From a virus, in IMG/VR virus record IMGVR_UViG_3300028920_000037, positions 1-64,000 of that record: a DNA stretch of 64,000 nt; one strand, 5' to 3'. How positions within the stretch are numbered: position 1 is the stretch's first letter; every line of letters begins with the position of its first letter. This document shows, in pieces, positions 50,263 through 59,645 of the stretch. The position numbers were made by a program, and so were the translations under genes. The notes under the pieces were generated by a model. That model saw only the letters and a list, made by a program, of their open reading frames with translations, did no database searches and was not told the origin of the DNA.

Positions 50263-50556
50263 ATGTTTGATGAAGACGAACTCATCAAGAGGTTCAAGCA
50301 AAACAGGCTCTATAAGGATGCGATCTCACGGTTGACGGCCGATGAAGCAAGATACGTTGAGGAAAGCGTCGAGGCGTTTTATCGTACGATGATCAGGTCA
50401 CTCGCTCCGTTCGGAGCGCGTCTTGGTTCAGACCCAGAATTTCTCAAAGGCATGCAGGAGGAGCTCGATCGTCGCGCAGGTGTAGTTACTCAGAGAAAGA
50501 GTGACGAACCTGTGTCGATGACGTCCGAAAAGGACGGCAAGAAGAGAGATGCCTGA
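50263..50556 (+). CDS. Small hypothetical protein
   Basis: TATGAT 6 nt upstream, leaderless. Confidence 0.6.
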   Translation: MFDEDELIKRFKQNRLYKDAISRLTADEARYVEESVEAFYRTMIRSLAPFGARLGSDPEFLKGMQEELDRRAGVVTQRKSDEPVSMTSEKDGKKRDA

Positions 50557-53500
50557 TTCTACGAACAATAACATCACGAATGAGCCTGGGTTTGTCATAG
50601 AACCTGATGAGGAACGTCGTGTTCTTGTAAACGATCCTGATAGGAATGACGATATCCAAAAGGAAACCGTTATTCGTATCGGACAGTACTTGAGCGATCT
50701 GACGAACGCAAAAGTAGGTTCTTCTACACATGAAAACAGCTATCCGATCGACAGGTCTGTCGTCGAAAGATCGACTCATGATAGCACGACTGGCCGTCCT
50801 GCTGCGCTTGCTGATGCGGAAAATTCAAGAACGTATGTCGCTCGTGAGGGAGCAACAGGTACGGTCATTGACGGCACACTCCAACAACCTGATCCAGGAA
50901 TCATCGGTCTCAACGATACGTGGCAGAGGGGCGAAACAAACGAACGTGATGTTCAGGACGGACACGAACTGCTTCCCGGCGCGGTCGAACAGACGAGTCC
51001 GGTTAGGACAATCCAGTCCGCAATCCTATCGAACAACAGGTTCAATACAGACCTCAGGCTCAACGAAACGGTTGCCGCCGGTGGTCGTTCCGCACCACGC
51101 AACGGATTTAATCCGACAATCAGGCTTCCAGATCCGAATTCAAGGGCTGAATCGTTAGGAAAGTACAACAGGGGCGTTGAGGATACGACATACAACAACC
51201 TCGCAAAGATCGGTATGATCCTGTCGCTTAGGGGTTCAGGTGAAGTCGGATCCAACAGCAGCGGATACAATCCATTGAACGGTGGTGAGGAGGCAAAGGC
51301 GATCCTACCGTCTCCTGCACAGCTCGGTATCGATAGAACTGAGTGGGAGAAACTATCCGTCTCAGATGTCATGAGGCAGATGTCAAACGCAGATATCTCT
51401 GACGGAGCGTTGATCGATATCGCAGAGAAGAGCTGGGGCGTGATGAACAACATCTACGACCCATTTGACGGAATCACGGCAACAGGCATGCCGATCCTTG
51501 CATTTACGCTCATTCTCGCGATGCTCGCAGTTGCCGAGCTGATCTCAACGCTTGTTGGATTGATTAGTCCGGGCAAGCCAGTGAACGCGCCGACGCTTCA
51601 CACGAACGGCCGTGCAGTATTCGGCAGATGGAAGTCAGACCTGCCCGGTGATGCGCCAAGGGGTTCGTCGTTCGGTCCAACGTTGAACTTTGACTTTCCG
51701 CCTCCGGTGGGAGAAATCCTCGGTATACATGAAACAGCATACCCGTTCGGCGATTCACTCAAAAAAGGAACGTACCTGTTCTTTGGTATTGAGGCATCAG
51801 CGAGCGGTGTCGTAGGAGCGGCTGTCGGCGCCGCCGCGTCATCGTTTGGGTTGGGAGGACTTGTTGAAGAGACGCCATCGGCACCGGGATACAACGCGGT
51901 GTTTTGTCGCGCTGTGATGCGCTCAACGCTTTTGATCATCGATTCGATGAAACAGCTCGCTTCATCGCCGAACTTCATCTCAGGCGTCAAGAATTTTCTC
52001 AACATCTTTGAGGTCATCAAGCGCAGCAAGCTTATCGCGGCGATCAACGTATTCACAACGCTCGGCGACAACGCGCTTAGGCAGTCGCCTGCTGATGATG
52101 TCTCGTCTGACGGGTTGATCTATACGTCAAAGATCGATGCAATCAAGAACGATGATCCCGGTGCAACGATCTCAAAGAGCAAACTTCAGGGAACAAACAA
52201 GCTTGCATGGGCAGGTAACAGGACGCATTCATCGTTCCTGATGCCACAAACGGTGTTCGGTCTTAGCATTGCAATCGCAAACTCCAACAACCAAGGCGCG
52301 TTTGGTGGACCCGGTACGCAGGTCCTTCCTGCAGAATCGTGGTCAAAGCACCATGTTGCAATCGTTCAACCTGAGTCGCCGTCATCGATTGCCTCTGCCG
52401 GTGCAAAGATCCCGCAGGTCAGCGATGATCCAGACGGAGTATCAGTTGAAAACATTGAAAAGTTGCTCGAGGCTGAGTACGTCCCATTCTACATGCATGA
52501 CCTGCGGACAAACGAAATCGTCAGCTTCCACGCATTTTTGACTGCACTCAATGAGGACTTTGCACCTGGGTGGGAGACGAGTGATGGATACGGTCGCGTC
52601 GATCCGGTTAGCATTTACAAGAATACGACGCGAAAGATCAACATTAGCTTCTGGATTGTGTCAACGGGAGCGAACGACTTCAATGACATGTGGACGAAGA
52701 TCAACAAGCTCGTGACGTTCGTTTACCCACAGTTTTCGCGTGGAAGGAAGCTGTCCGTTAAGGACAAGTGGCAGTTCACCATGCCGTTTAGCCAGATCAT
52801 GACATCATCACCGATCATTAGGCTGCGTATCGGTGACCTTGTTAGATCGAACTACTCGAGGTTCAATATCGCAAGGGTATTTGGGCTTACGGATCCTGAC
52901 ACGAAGCTCGATGGTTCTGACATAAATCTTGAAGTCAATCAGGCGGGATTGATTGCCCTACAGGGATTGTTTTGGTCGTTGAAGAAGGCACCGTGGACGC
53001 GCAAAGAACACATGTACGTCATCAAGAACGATGGCGTGAATATCGCGGCAGACCAAGGTATCTCTCTTAGTGTACCGATCCCGGTCGTCGGTTCGAGCGG
53101 AGAACCTGCAGGACAACCATGGAAGATTCCGATGGATCTTCTTCCTTACTATAAGCTGACCGCAGAGGGGCCAGCTACGCTATCGTCACAGTCATCTGCT
53201 TTGAGTGTGAACGTAAGTCTCGGTGGAGGCGGGGGCGGAGGAAGCGAACCTGACATTCCCGCAGGTATGTTCAAAATTGAGGCAATGACTTCGAGCGAGC
53301 TTCATGAAAACTATGGGTATTCGTTCGCCGACCTAGGACGTATCACCAAACGTATCAAAGACTTTGAAGACAACGGGGGAAACGCTGAGAAGACGAAGGA
53401 CAGGAGGTACATCGTTCCTACGTCGATGATTGACATTGCGCCGCTATCGAAGCGAAAGATCATCGATGAAGCGAATCTCATTGCAACAGACGCCGCCGAC

Positions 53501-53785
53501 TCGATCGTCGAATTCCTGAACCCAGAAAAGAATGCTATCGTGAAGTCTTTCGAAGAGACGGGCGGCATGGGACTTGCGTGTAGGGTAGATTCGCTTTCGT
53601 TTGATTGGCTTGATCAGACGATGTGGGAAACGAGCACACCAGGAGCAGTGGCGCCAAACCGAGTCAAGGCAACGATGTCGTTCACAGCGATCCATGACAT
53701 CGCTCCTGGTCTAGACCATCAAGGTTACAACAGAGGTCCCATATATCCAGTTGGACCGTGGAACACTCGCATCGTAAGGGGATAG
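50549..53785 (+). CDS. Baseplate/tail-tube initiator-like protein
   Basis: FHAFLT.LNEDF...W...GYGRVDP..IYKNTTRKI..F tube-like domain; synteny. Confidence 0.65.
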   Translation: MPDSTNNNITNEPGFVIEPDEERRVLVNDPDRNDDIQKETVIRIGQYLSDLTNAKVGSSTHENSYPIDRSVVERSTHDSTTGRPAALADAENSRTYVAREGATGTVIDGTLQQPDPGIIGLNDTWQRGETNERDVQDGHELLPGAVEQTSPVRTIQSAILSNNRFNTDLRLNETVAAGGRSAPRNGFNPTIRLPDPNSRAESLGKYNRGVEDTTYNNLAKIGMILSLRGSGEVGSNSSGYNPLNGGEEAKAILPSPAQLGIDRTEWEKLSVSDVMRQMSNADISDGALIDIAEKSWGVMNNIYDPFDGITATGMPILAFTLILAMLAVAELISTLVGLISPGKPVNAPTLHTNGRAVFGRWKSDLPGDAPRGSSFGPTLNFDFPPPVGEILGIHETAYPFGDSLKKGTYLFFGIEASASGVVGAAVGAAASSFGLGGLVEETPSAPGYNAVFCRAVMRSTLLIIDSMKQLASSPNFISGVKNFLNIFEVIKRSKLIAAINVFTTLGDNALRQSPADDVSSDGLIYTSKIDAIKNDDPGATISKSKLQGTNKLAWAGNRTHSSFLMPQTVFGLSIAIANSNNQGAFGGPGTQVLPAESWSKHHVAIVQPESPSSIASAGAKIPQVSDDPDGVSVENIEKLLEAEYVPFYMHDLRTNEIVSFHAFLTALNEDFAPGWETSDGYGRVDPVSIYKNTTRKINISFWIVSTGANDFNDMWTKINKLVTFVYPQFSRGRKLSVKDKWQFTMPFSQIMTSSPIIRLRIGDLVRSNYSRFNIARVFGLTDPDTKLDGSDINLEVNQAGLIALQGLFWSLKKAPWTRKEHMYVIKNDGVNIAADQGISLSVPIPVVGSSGEPAGQPWKIPMDLLPYYKLTAEGPATLSSQSSALSVNVSLGGGGGGGSEPDIPAGMFKIEAMTSSELHENYGYSFADLGRITKRIKDFEDNGGNAEKTKDRRYIVPTSMIDIAPLSKRKIIDEANLIATDAADSIVEFLNPEKNAIVKSFEETGGMGLACRVDSLSFDWLDQTMWETSTPGAVAPNRVKATMSFTAIHDIAPGLDHQGYNRGPIYPVGPWNTRIVRG

Positions 53786-53786
53786 G

Positions 53787-54080
53787 ATGTCAGTCAGTAG
53801 GTACATTTCTGCACCGAGGTTGTCGTTGGGCCGAAGCCTTGGTACGACGCGCACAATCTCGGCGATACGTTCAGCTGTCGCAAAGGGAAACCTCAAGTGT
53901 AAGACGATCATTGTTCGTGGTAGGGAACGCCTCGATACGATCTCATATGATGTCTACAAGGACGGACGTTACTGGTGGATCCTCGCCGCAGCATCAAACA
54001 TTGGATGGGGACTTCAGGTCCCGCCTGGTACTGTTGTCAAGGTTCCAAACCTTCAAGAGGCCTTATCATTTGTGATCTAA
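53787..54080 (+). CDS. LysM-like baseplate protein (gp53/gpX-like)
   Basis: ERLDTISYDVYKDGRYWWILAAAS...PG..VKVP. Confidence 0.8.
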   Translation: MSVSRYISAPRLSLGRSLGTTRTISAIRSAVAKGNLKCKTIIVRGRERLDTISYDVYKDGRYWWILAAASNIGWGLQVPPGTVVKVPNLQEALSFVI

Positions 54081-54081
54081 C

Positions 54082-57000
54082 ATGCCAATACCAGCAGGAC
54101 TACGTCAATTCTTCAGGATGGTCGAAACGGCAGACATCTTTGCTGCAAAGCAGATGGCCGATTCGGACGCCTATGACCGCGCATTGAAGTCAGGTGCGGG
54201 GGAGGATACGTATGCTGTCCAGGGAGTCGCTGGATTCTATCACTACCTTTTGAGCATCATGATCGAAGCGGATGCTCGAGGAGTGTATCCGATCAGAACG
54301 TTGATGGAAGTCGTTGCAGAACGTATGAAGAACGGCATCCAGAATGGTGATAAGAACATTCCGGTTGCCGACGAGCTTCTGAAGACTGTGCTTTTTGCGC
54401 TGCGCATGTATTCAACGAAGGGTAAGTTTGTTATCAATGATGCCGACATGTTGTTTCAGAATTCGTACGCTGCTCACGAGGGCGCAAAGCAGATCGACAA
54501 CCTCGTAGAGATCATGGGATGGACAGACGATCAGGTTGAAGAGAACAGCGAAATCGGTGTTGTGCTTGCGACAACACCGCTCGTTACACCACACATGCGT
54601 AACGTAGACAACATCCAGTTCTGGTTGAACAGCATTCCGTCGTATGCTGCTTCACGAATGATGCCGTACTTCGATGTCAAGTTTCAGTTTCAACGCGACC
54701 AAGGAGACGAAGAAGAGGCCGCAAACACAACGTTTGGTCTTCTGAAGTTCCTTGAAGGAGCACAACTGTCTTTTCCTGAGGATTCTGCGAACAAGGCGAT
54801 GTTCGATGGAAACCACTACAGCGGTGAACAGATCGCGGCAGCGGAACAGGATGCTCCACGTCACAATCACCATTACCGTGCGGGTATGGAGGTTTTTCTT
54901 TCACCGCAGACATTGGTGAATCCGAATCCTGAAGGCCACAACGACAGGTACGTTGATGTCATAGATAGGTTTCGACCGCTTGCGAGTCTAAAGTCAGCAG
55001 ACATCAACATTCAACCGTTGATTGGATTCATGACGTACAAGAACGGAACATTGACGTTCGTTGTACACGATCGTTCGCGTCTTCACGAGATCGCCGATAT
55101 GATCAGACCGCAGCTGTTCAAGGGGACAACGTTGTGGCTAACATACGGTTGGCGTCACCCTGAAGAACTTAACAATCCGTTTGCAAACTTCATCAACCAG
55201 ACGATGCTTGTTCGTGAAGCGTTTATGGTTGTTAATGCTGAGTTTTCGTTTGACAATGTCGGTCAGGTCGAGGTAAAGCTTCACATTGCAACTCAGGGTG
55301 CACGCACCGCAGAGGTCACAAGCATCGTCGGTGAGAACAACGAAATCGATAGACAGCTTCGACAACTTGAAGACATCAGACGTAGGATCGAACACATCAA
55401 GCAGAGATTGAACCTTGTACCTCCACATGGCGTCAAGGATGAAGTTAGGGCGTATGAGCTCTTGGATGCTGCAGCGCGAGGCGCGCAGCCTGACATGGAA
55501 AAGAACGAGCTTAAGAAGGCGCTGAAGGCATTGAAGTCGTTATTGAATACTTCGGCTGCCGATGACGCGCTCGCTGCCGAACTGAACAACGTCCAGACCG
55601 CGCTCGAGAAGATGTACAGCGCAAAATCTAATGAAGACACTAAGGAAGGCTTCAACTTTGAGAATCTGAAGAACACATACGAGCAGGTCATCGCCGACAA
55701 GTTCGCAAACCTATCTTCCACGCCTGATCCATGGAAGATGACCGAAGATACTGTGCAGGCCGCTGTCGACGCCGGCGAAATACCAGATGGATTCGTTGAT
55801 CAAGAGCTGCTTGGACAGTACAAGTTTGCCGATGATCCAAAGAACGCCATCGCAAACATTCAGATGCAAAATAGGGTCGTTTCGTTTGGCAAGCTGTTCA
55901 TGATGTTTGTCGGTAACGCAATAGCAAACCTTGAAGAGGTCGATGAGGTTCAGGTCTGGTTTTACAAGCTAAACGATCACTGTGGTCCTGCAAGCGGAAT
56001 CAACATCGCGTCGTTTCCGATCGAGGTGGCGTCGTTCCTCAGGAAGTACAACGACTATGTCTTTAGAAAGAGGTCTCAGCGTGTTTCTGTGAAGGAATTC
56101 ATGAGCATCCTCATCGGGACGCAGTTTGGAGATGTCAGGGGTCTTGGATATGGGATGAGAAACTTCTACGAACCCTACGATCCCAAGAACATCGATCCAA
56201 AGGTGAAGAAAGGACAGCAAAAGGCGCTTGAGAGCGCTGTGAAAGAACGTCAGCTCAAATACGGTGTGTTTCAGAAGCCGGCGCTTCAGGTGTTCATTGA
56301 GACTGTTCACGCTAGGACGGACAAGACGTCATCTGGAATCGACCTCCTGCAGCTGCTCGACTACGTTGACTCACCAGATGCCCAGAAGTTCGGTGCCTCT
56401 CCTTCGGCGGCGGCGGGTTCATACAAACGTGTGATGCGCATCCACATTTACGACAAGGCGATGAATCCGTATCCTGCAGAGAGTCACATGCTTCGTGACA
56501 AGTTAGGAAACATCCTGGAGATCCCTGGCGGCAAGACAGGCGAATCATTCTACAACAAGCTGATCGACATCCAGCGACGTTGGGGTTCTGACAACGAGAA
56601 CGCTGAGAACGCGGCACGAAATCTTGTCCTCTACAGGGGAGGGACGGAAACAGAACCTGGTACCGTTAGGTTCAAGACGCACGACATCCAACCCAACGAA
56701 GGTGACGGCGTAAACGTAAGACAGCAGTTGACAGAGATGATATCGCGACGCATGCCGTCGATCTACTACGGGAACAACGGAACTGTGATCCACAACGCGT
56801 CGCTATCGACGAAGGCGGATTCACGTGTATCGACGATCAACATGATCAGGCCCGTTGGAAATCAGGTGACGATGCAACCGAACGGTGCGGCAGTCGGCAA
56901 CCTACCCGTGAGAGTCATTCCCGCGACAATGAACATGTCGTCGCTTGGTTGTCCACTTTGCGCACCTGCCCAGCTCTACTATTTTGATTTCAACACAGGA

Positions 57001-57168
57001 ACGACGGTTGATAACCTCTACATCCTTACGCATGTGAATCATACGTTTGGTCCTGGAAAGTTTGAAACGAGCTGGCAGTTCGGGTATTCTGACGGTTACG
57101 CTCGATACGAAAACCTTCCGACGATCATGGCGAACTTTGCGAAGGAAGTCGAAGAGTTCAATGCCTGA
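54082..57168 (+). CDS. Baseplate hub-like protein
   Basis: LTYGW motif; C-terminal LGCP..DFNTGT..Y..THVNH.F..GKFET; synteny. Confidence 0.6.
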   Translation: MPIPAGLRQFFRMVETADIFAAKQMADSDAYDRALKSGAGEDTYAVQGVAGFYHYLLSIMIEADARGVYPIRTLMEVVAERMKNGIQNGDKNIPVADELLKTVLFALRMYSTKGKFVINDADMLFQNSYAAHEGAKQIDNLVEIMGWTDDQVEENSEIGVVLATTPLVTPHMRNVDNIQFWLNSIPSYAASRMMPYFDVKFQFQRDQGDEEEAANTTFGLLKFLEGAQLSFPEDSANKAMFDGNHYSGEQIAAAEQDAPRHNHHYRAGMEVFLSPQTLVNPNPEGHNDRYVDVIDRFRPLASLKSADINIQPLIGFMTYKNGTLTFVVHDRSRLHEIADMIRPQLFKGTTLWLTYGWRHPEELNNPFANFINQTMLVREAFMVVNAEFSFDNVGQVEVKLHIATQGARTAEVTSIVGENNEIDRQLRQLEDIRRRIEHIKQRLNLVPPHGVKDEVRAYELLDAAARGAQPDMEKNELKKALKALKSLLNTSAADDALAAELNNVQTALEKMYSAKSNEDTKEGFNFENLKNTYEQVIADKFANLSSTPDPWKMTEDTVQAAVDAGEIPDGFVDQELLGQYKFADDPKNAIANIQMQNRVVSFGKLFMMFVGNAIANLEEVDEVQVWFYKLNDHCGPASGINIASFPIEVASFLRKYNDYVFRKRSQRVSVKEFMSILIGTQFGDVRGLGYGMRNFYEPYDPKNIDPKVKKGQQKALESAVKERQLKYGVFQKPALQVFIETVHARTDKTSSGIDLLQLLDYVDSPDAQKFGASPSAAAGSYKRVMRIHIYDKAMNPYPAESHMLRDKLGNILEIPGGKTGESFYNKLIDIQRRWGSDNENAENAARNLVLYRGGTETEPGTVRFKTHDIQPNEGDGVNVRQQLTEMISRRMPSIYYGNNGTVIHNASLSTKADSRVSTINMIRPVGNQVTMQPNGAAVGNLPVRVIPATMNMSSLGCPLCAPAQLYYFDFNTGTTVDNLYILTHVNHTFGPGKFETSWQFGYSDGYARYENLPTIMANFAKEVEEFNA

Positions 57169-57211
57169 TTTATCGCCTGTAGTGTAGATGTATGCAGTGT
57201 AAAATTCCACG

Positions 57212-58453
57212 GTGCACTATCTGATAGACTGTGATGTTCTAGGAACGCGAGAACACCTTGTTGTCGTAGGTGACAAAAACGGTAGCAAGGCTCGCTGGAT
57301 AAACTACGTACCAGAAGGTGTCTGGTACCTTTCGGGAAAGCTGAAGGACGATGGATGGTGTCTTGATACGTTGCTGCGCCTGAATCACATCAACATCGAC
57401 CTTCTACCGGACGAGAGGTACAAGAACGTCATCGAGACGGTGATGTCAGGATCGAATGTTTCGCCTCCTTGGTCAAAAGTGATGAAGCGTGGCCATCACA
57501 TAGACCACGTCAAAAAAATCGTTGACCAGATCAATGAGGCCATAAGCAGTCTTGATGAAAGTTATTACAGGGACACGTGGGTGCCTGAGACGGCAATATT
57601 CGATCGTCTAAACCCTGCCTACATTGATGAGGCGCTTTGGCGAGAATGGATGCTCCGTGAGGTTGGAAACAAGCATGTCATCAAGACGTTCAAGCCCACG
57701 GACGGCGTGGCGCGTCACGTTGAGTACAACAGGTTTGGAACACGCACTGGTCGCCTTACGGTCGCCCGCGGGCCGAACATACTGACGCTTCGCAAGGACG
57801 CGAGGAACATCGTCAAATCGCGTTATCCGTTTGGATCAGTCGCGATGTACGACTTTTCTGCGCTCGAGGTCAGGCTCGTACTGTACGAAGCAGGGTATAG
57901 GTGCGACGATGTTGACCTCTACGGATTCCTGAGGGACGAGCTCTACAAGGGAAAGGTCGAGAGGGACGCCATCAAGCAGGCAGTCATTTCGGAGCTCTAC
58001 GGACAGAACAAGTTTGCACTCGGCGACAACCTTGGGATAGGTGGAAAGGTTCTTGATAGGTTCGTGCGCAAGATCAAGACGTACTTTCAGTTTGATAACC
58101 TCAAAAAGAGGACGAAGGATGGTTACGTCTCTACGGGATACGTGACAAACAGGTATGGTCGTCATATCACAATCGATGAACCGCTAGATCACATCATTTT
58201 CAATTCATACGTCCAGTCAACCGGTGTTGATGTGACGCTTCTCGGTTTTGAAGAGCTATGCAAGCGGTTGCCAGAAGGATGTGTTCCTCTGTACCTTTTG
58301 CATGACGCGTTGCTCATAGACTGCCCCAGCTTTGATGCGCTTGAAAAGGTCATCTGGCTAAAGGTGCCCGGTTACGTGCAGCGATGGCCCTTGAAACTTG
58401 AACAAGTGTCCGTTAATGGAGTATGTTCGCAAGAAGAGGCACAAGATGACTAA
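57212..58453 (+). CDS. Compact family-A DNA polymerase (polymerase domain only)
   Basis: TRTGRL..PNI; motif A DFSALEVR; motif B R...K.......YG; VQSTG.D; motif C LHDA. Confidence 0.8.
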   Translation: MHYLIDCDVLGTREHLVVVGDKNGSKARWINYVPEGVWYLSGKLKDDGWCLDTLLRLNHINIDLLPDERYKNVIETVMSGSNVSPPWSKVMKRGHHIDHVKKIVDQINEAISSLDESYYRDTWVPETAIFDRLNPAYIDEALWREWMLREVGNKHVIKTFKPTDGVARHVEYNRFGTRTGRLTVARGPNILTLRKDARNIVKSRYPFGSVAMYDFSALEVRLVLYEAGYRCDDVDLYGFLRDELYKGKVERDAIKQAVISELYGQNKFALGDNLGIGGKVLDRFVRKIKTYFQFDNLKKRTKDGYVSTGYVTNRYGRHITIDEPLDHIIFNSYVQSTGVDVTLLGFEELCKRLPEGCVPLYLLHDALLIDCPSFDALEKVIWLKVPGYVQRWPLKLEQVSVNGVCSQEEAQDD

Positions 58454-59069
58454 AAAAATGCAAGAAATCACACCAGAAGAAATCAATGAGAACTTTGAAA
58501 AGTTCACTGGTTTTTTGCAGAAGCTTGAGGACACTCCCGATAGAAAGGGGGCAGCGCTTCAGATGTGTGATGAGCTCGGTGAACGCCTTGCCCTCTGTCC
58601 GGCATCAGGCAGGCTCGACTATCACAACTGCTTTCCAGGCGGACTTGTTGAGCATTCGAATCGTGTTCTCGGCAATGGGCTCAGGCTTCGCAAGCAGTTC
58701 TCGAGCGTAGAAATGGTTCCTACGTCATCATTGATCATTGGGTGCCTCTTCCATGATCTAGGCAAGGTGGGCGACCTCACAGACGACTACTATATCCCTC
58801 AAGATAGTGATTGGCATCGTGATAAGCTTGGTGAGTTTTACAAGGTCAATACCGAGATGAAATATATGACCGTTCCTCACAGGAGCGTGTTCCTATGTCA
58901 ACACTTCGGGCTGCGTCTTACACATGATGAGATGGTCGCGATTCTGATCCATGATGGACAGTACGTCGATGATAATAAATCGTACAAGATGAAAGAACCC
59001 GCCCTTGCTGACATCGTTCATTTGGCTGACTACCTTGCTGGCAAGGAAGAGAAAGGTATGCTTGTATGA
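58446..59069 (+). CDS. HD-domain phosphohydrolase (YhaM-like)
   Basis: PAS...YH...GGLVEHS, FHDLGK, HDG, HLAD. Confidence 0.85.
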   Translation: MTKKMQEITPEEINENFEKFTGFLQKLEDTPDRKGAALQMCDELGERLALCPASGRLDYHNCFPGGLVEHSNRVLGNGLRLRKQFSSVEMVPTSSLIIGCLFHDLGKVGDLTDDYYIPQDSDWHRDKLGEFYKVNTEMKYMTVPHRSVFLCQHFGLRLTHDEMVAILIHDGQYVDDNKSYKMKEPALADIVHLADYLAGKEEKGMLV

Positions 59070-59311
59070 TCTACGAAAATGTTGTTGTTGAGCTCGATGG
59101 AACGCGAAACACGCAGGATATCATCGATGAGTTTACGTCTCATGGAGCGACCGTCTCACCCGATGAGACAGATCCTGACGTGTTGTATGTCTCAGGCGTT
59201 CCTCATGACCTTGTTGATTATGTTGAAGGGATCGCGGAATACGCCCCCTTTGACGGAGACACAAAGGATATGCTTGACACTTTTGAAGCGATTCAAGACG
59301 AAGAATTGTAG
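59066..59311 (+). CDS. Small acidic hypothetical protein
   Basis: ATGA coupling; 81 aa. Confidence 0.55.
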   Translation: MIYENVVVELDGTRNTQDIIDEFTSHGATVSPDETDPDVLYVSGVPHDLVDYVEGIAEYAPFDGDTKDMLDTFEAIQDEEL

Positions 59312-59362
59312 TTCAAACAGTACAAAATATCGCCACAAGCTTCATGGTGCGATATTTATACC

Positions 59363-59611
59363 GTGCGCTATGGCATTCTGAGAGAGTACGTTCGGATGCT
59401 CGTGGAGTCTGATGTAGACGATCCACGTGTGCCCGATCAGCCGTTTGATCCGGACGACATCGATAGCCAAGGCGACGTTGATTCTGAGGAAGACAAAGAG
59501 AAGCAGCTTAGAGGCAAAGAAGAGGTAGACGAGTTTTGTGCTGTCGGTGGTGCCGGAGGCCCACAGATCATGGGACACGTTGGAGCGGAAAACGGACGAC
59601 GCAGGAAATAG
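59363..59611 (+). CDS. Small late hypothetical protein
   Basis: TATTTA at 59353, leaderless GTG; ILREYVRMLVE. Confidence 0.6.
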   Translation: MRYGILREYVRMLVESDVDDPRVPDQPFDPDDIDSQGDVDSEEDKEKQLRGKEEVDEFCAVGGAGGPQIMGHVGAENGRRRK

Positions 59612-59645
59612 TTAACACTCGCGCAGCATGAGGTAAAAATAGGGC

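Noticed and set aside
31866-57168. Extracellular contractile injection system rather than phage
   Set aside because: Portal, protease, capsid, neck and replication genes are present, indicating a phage
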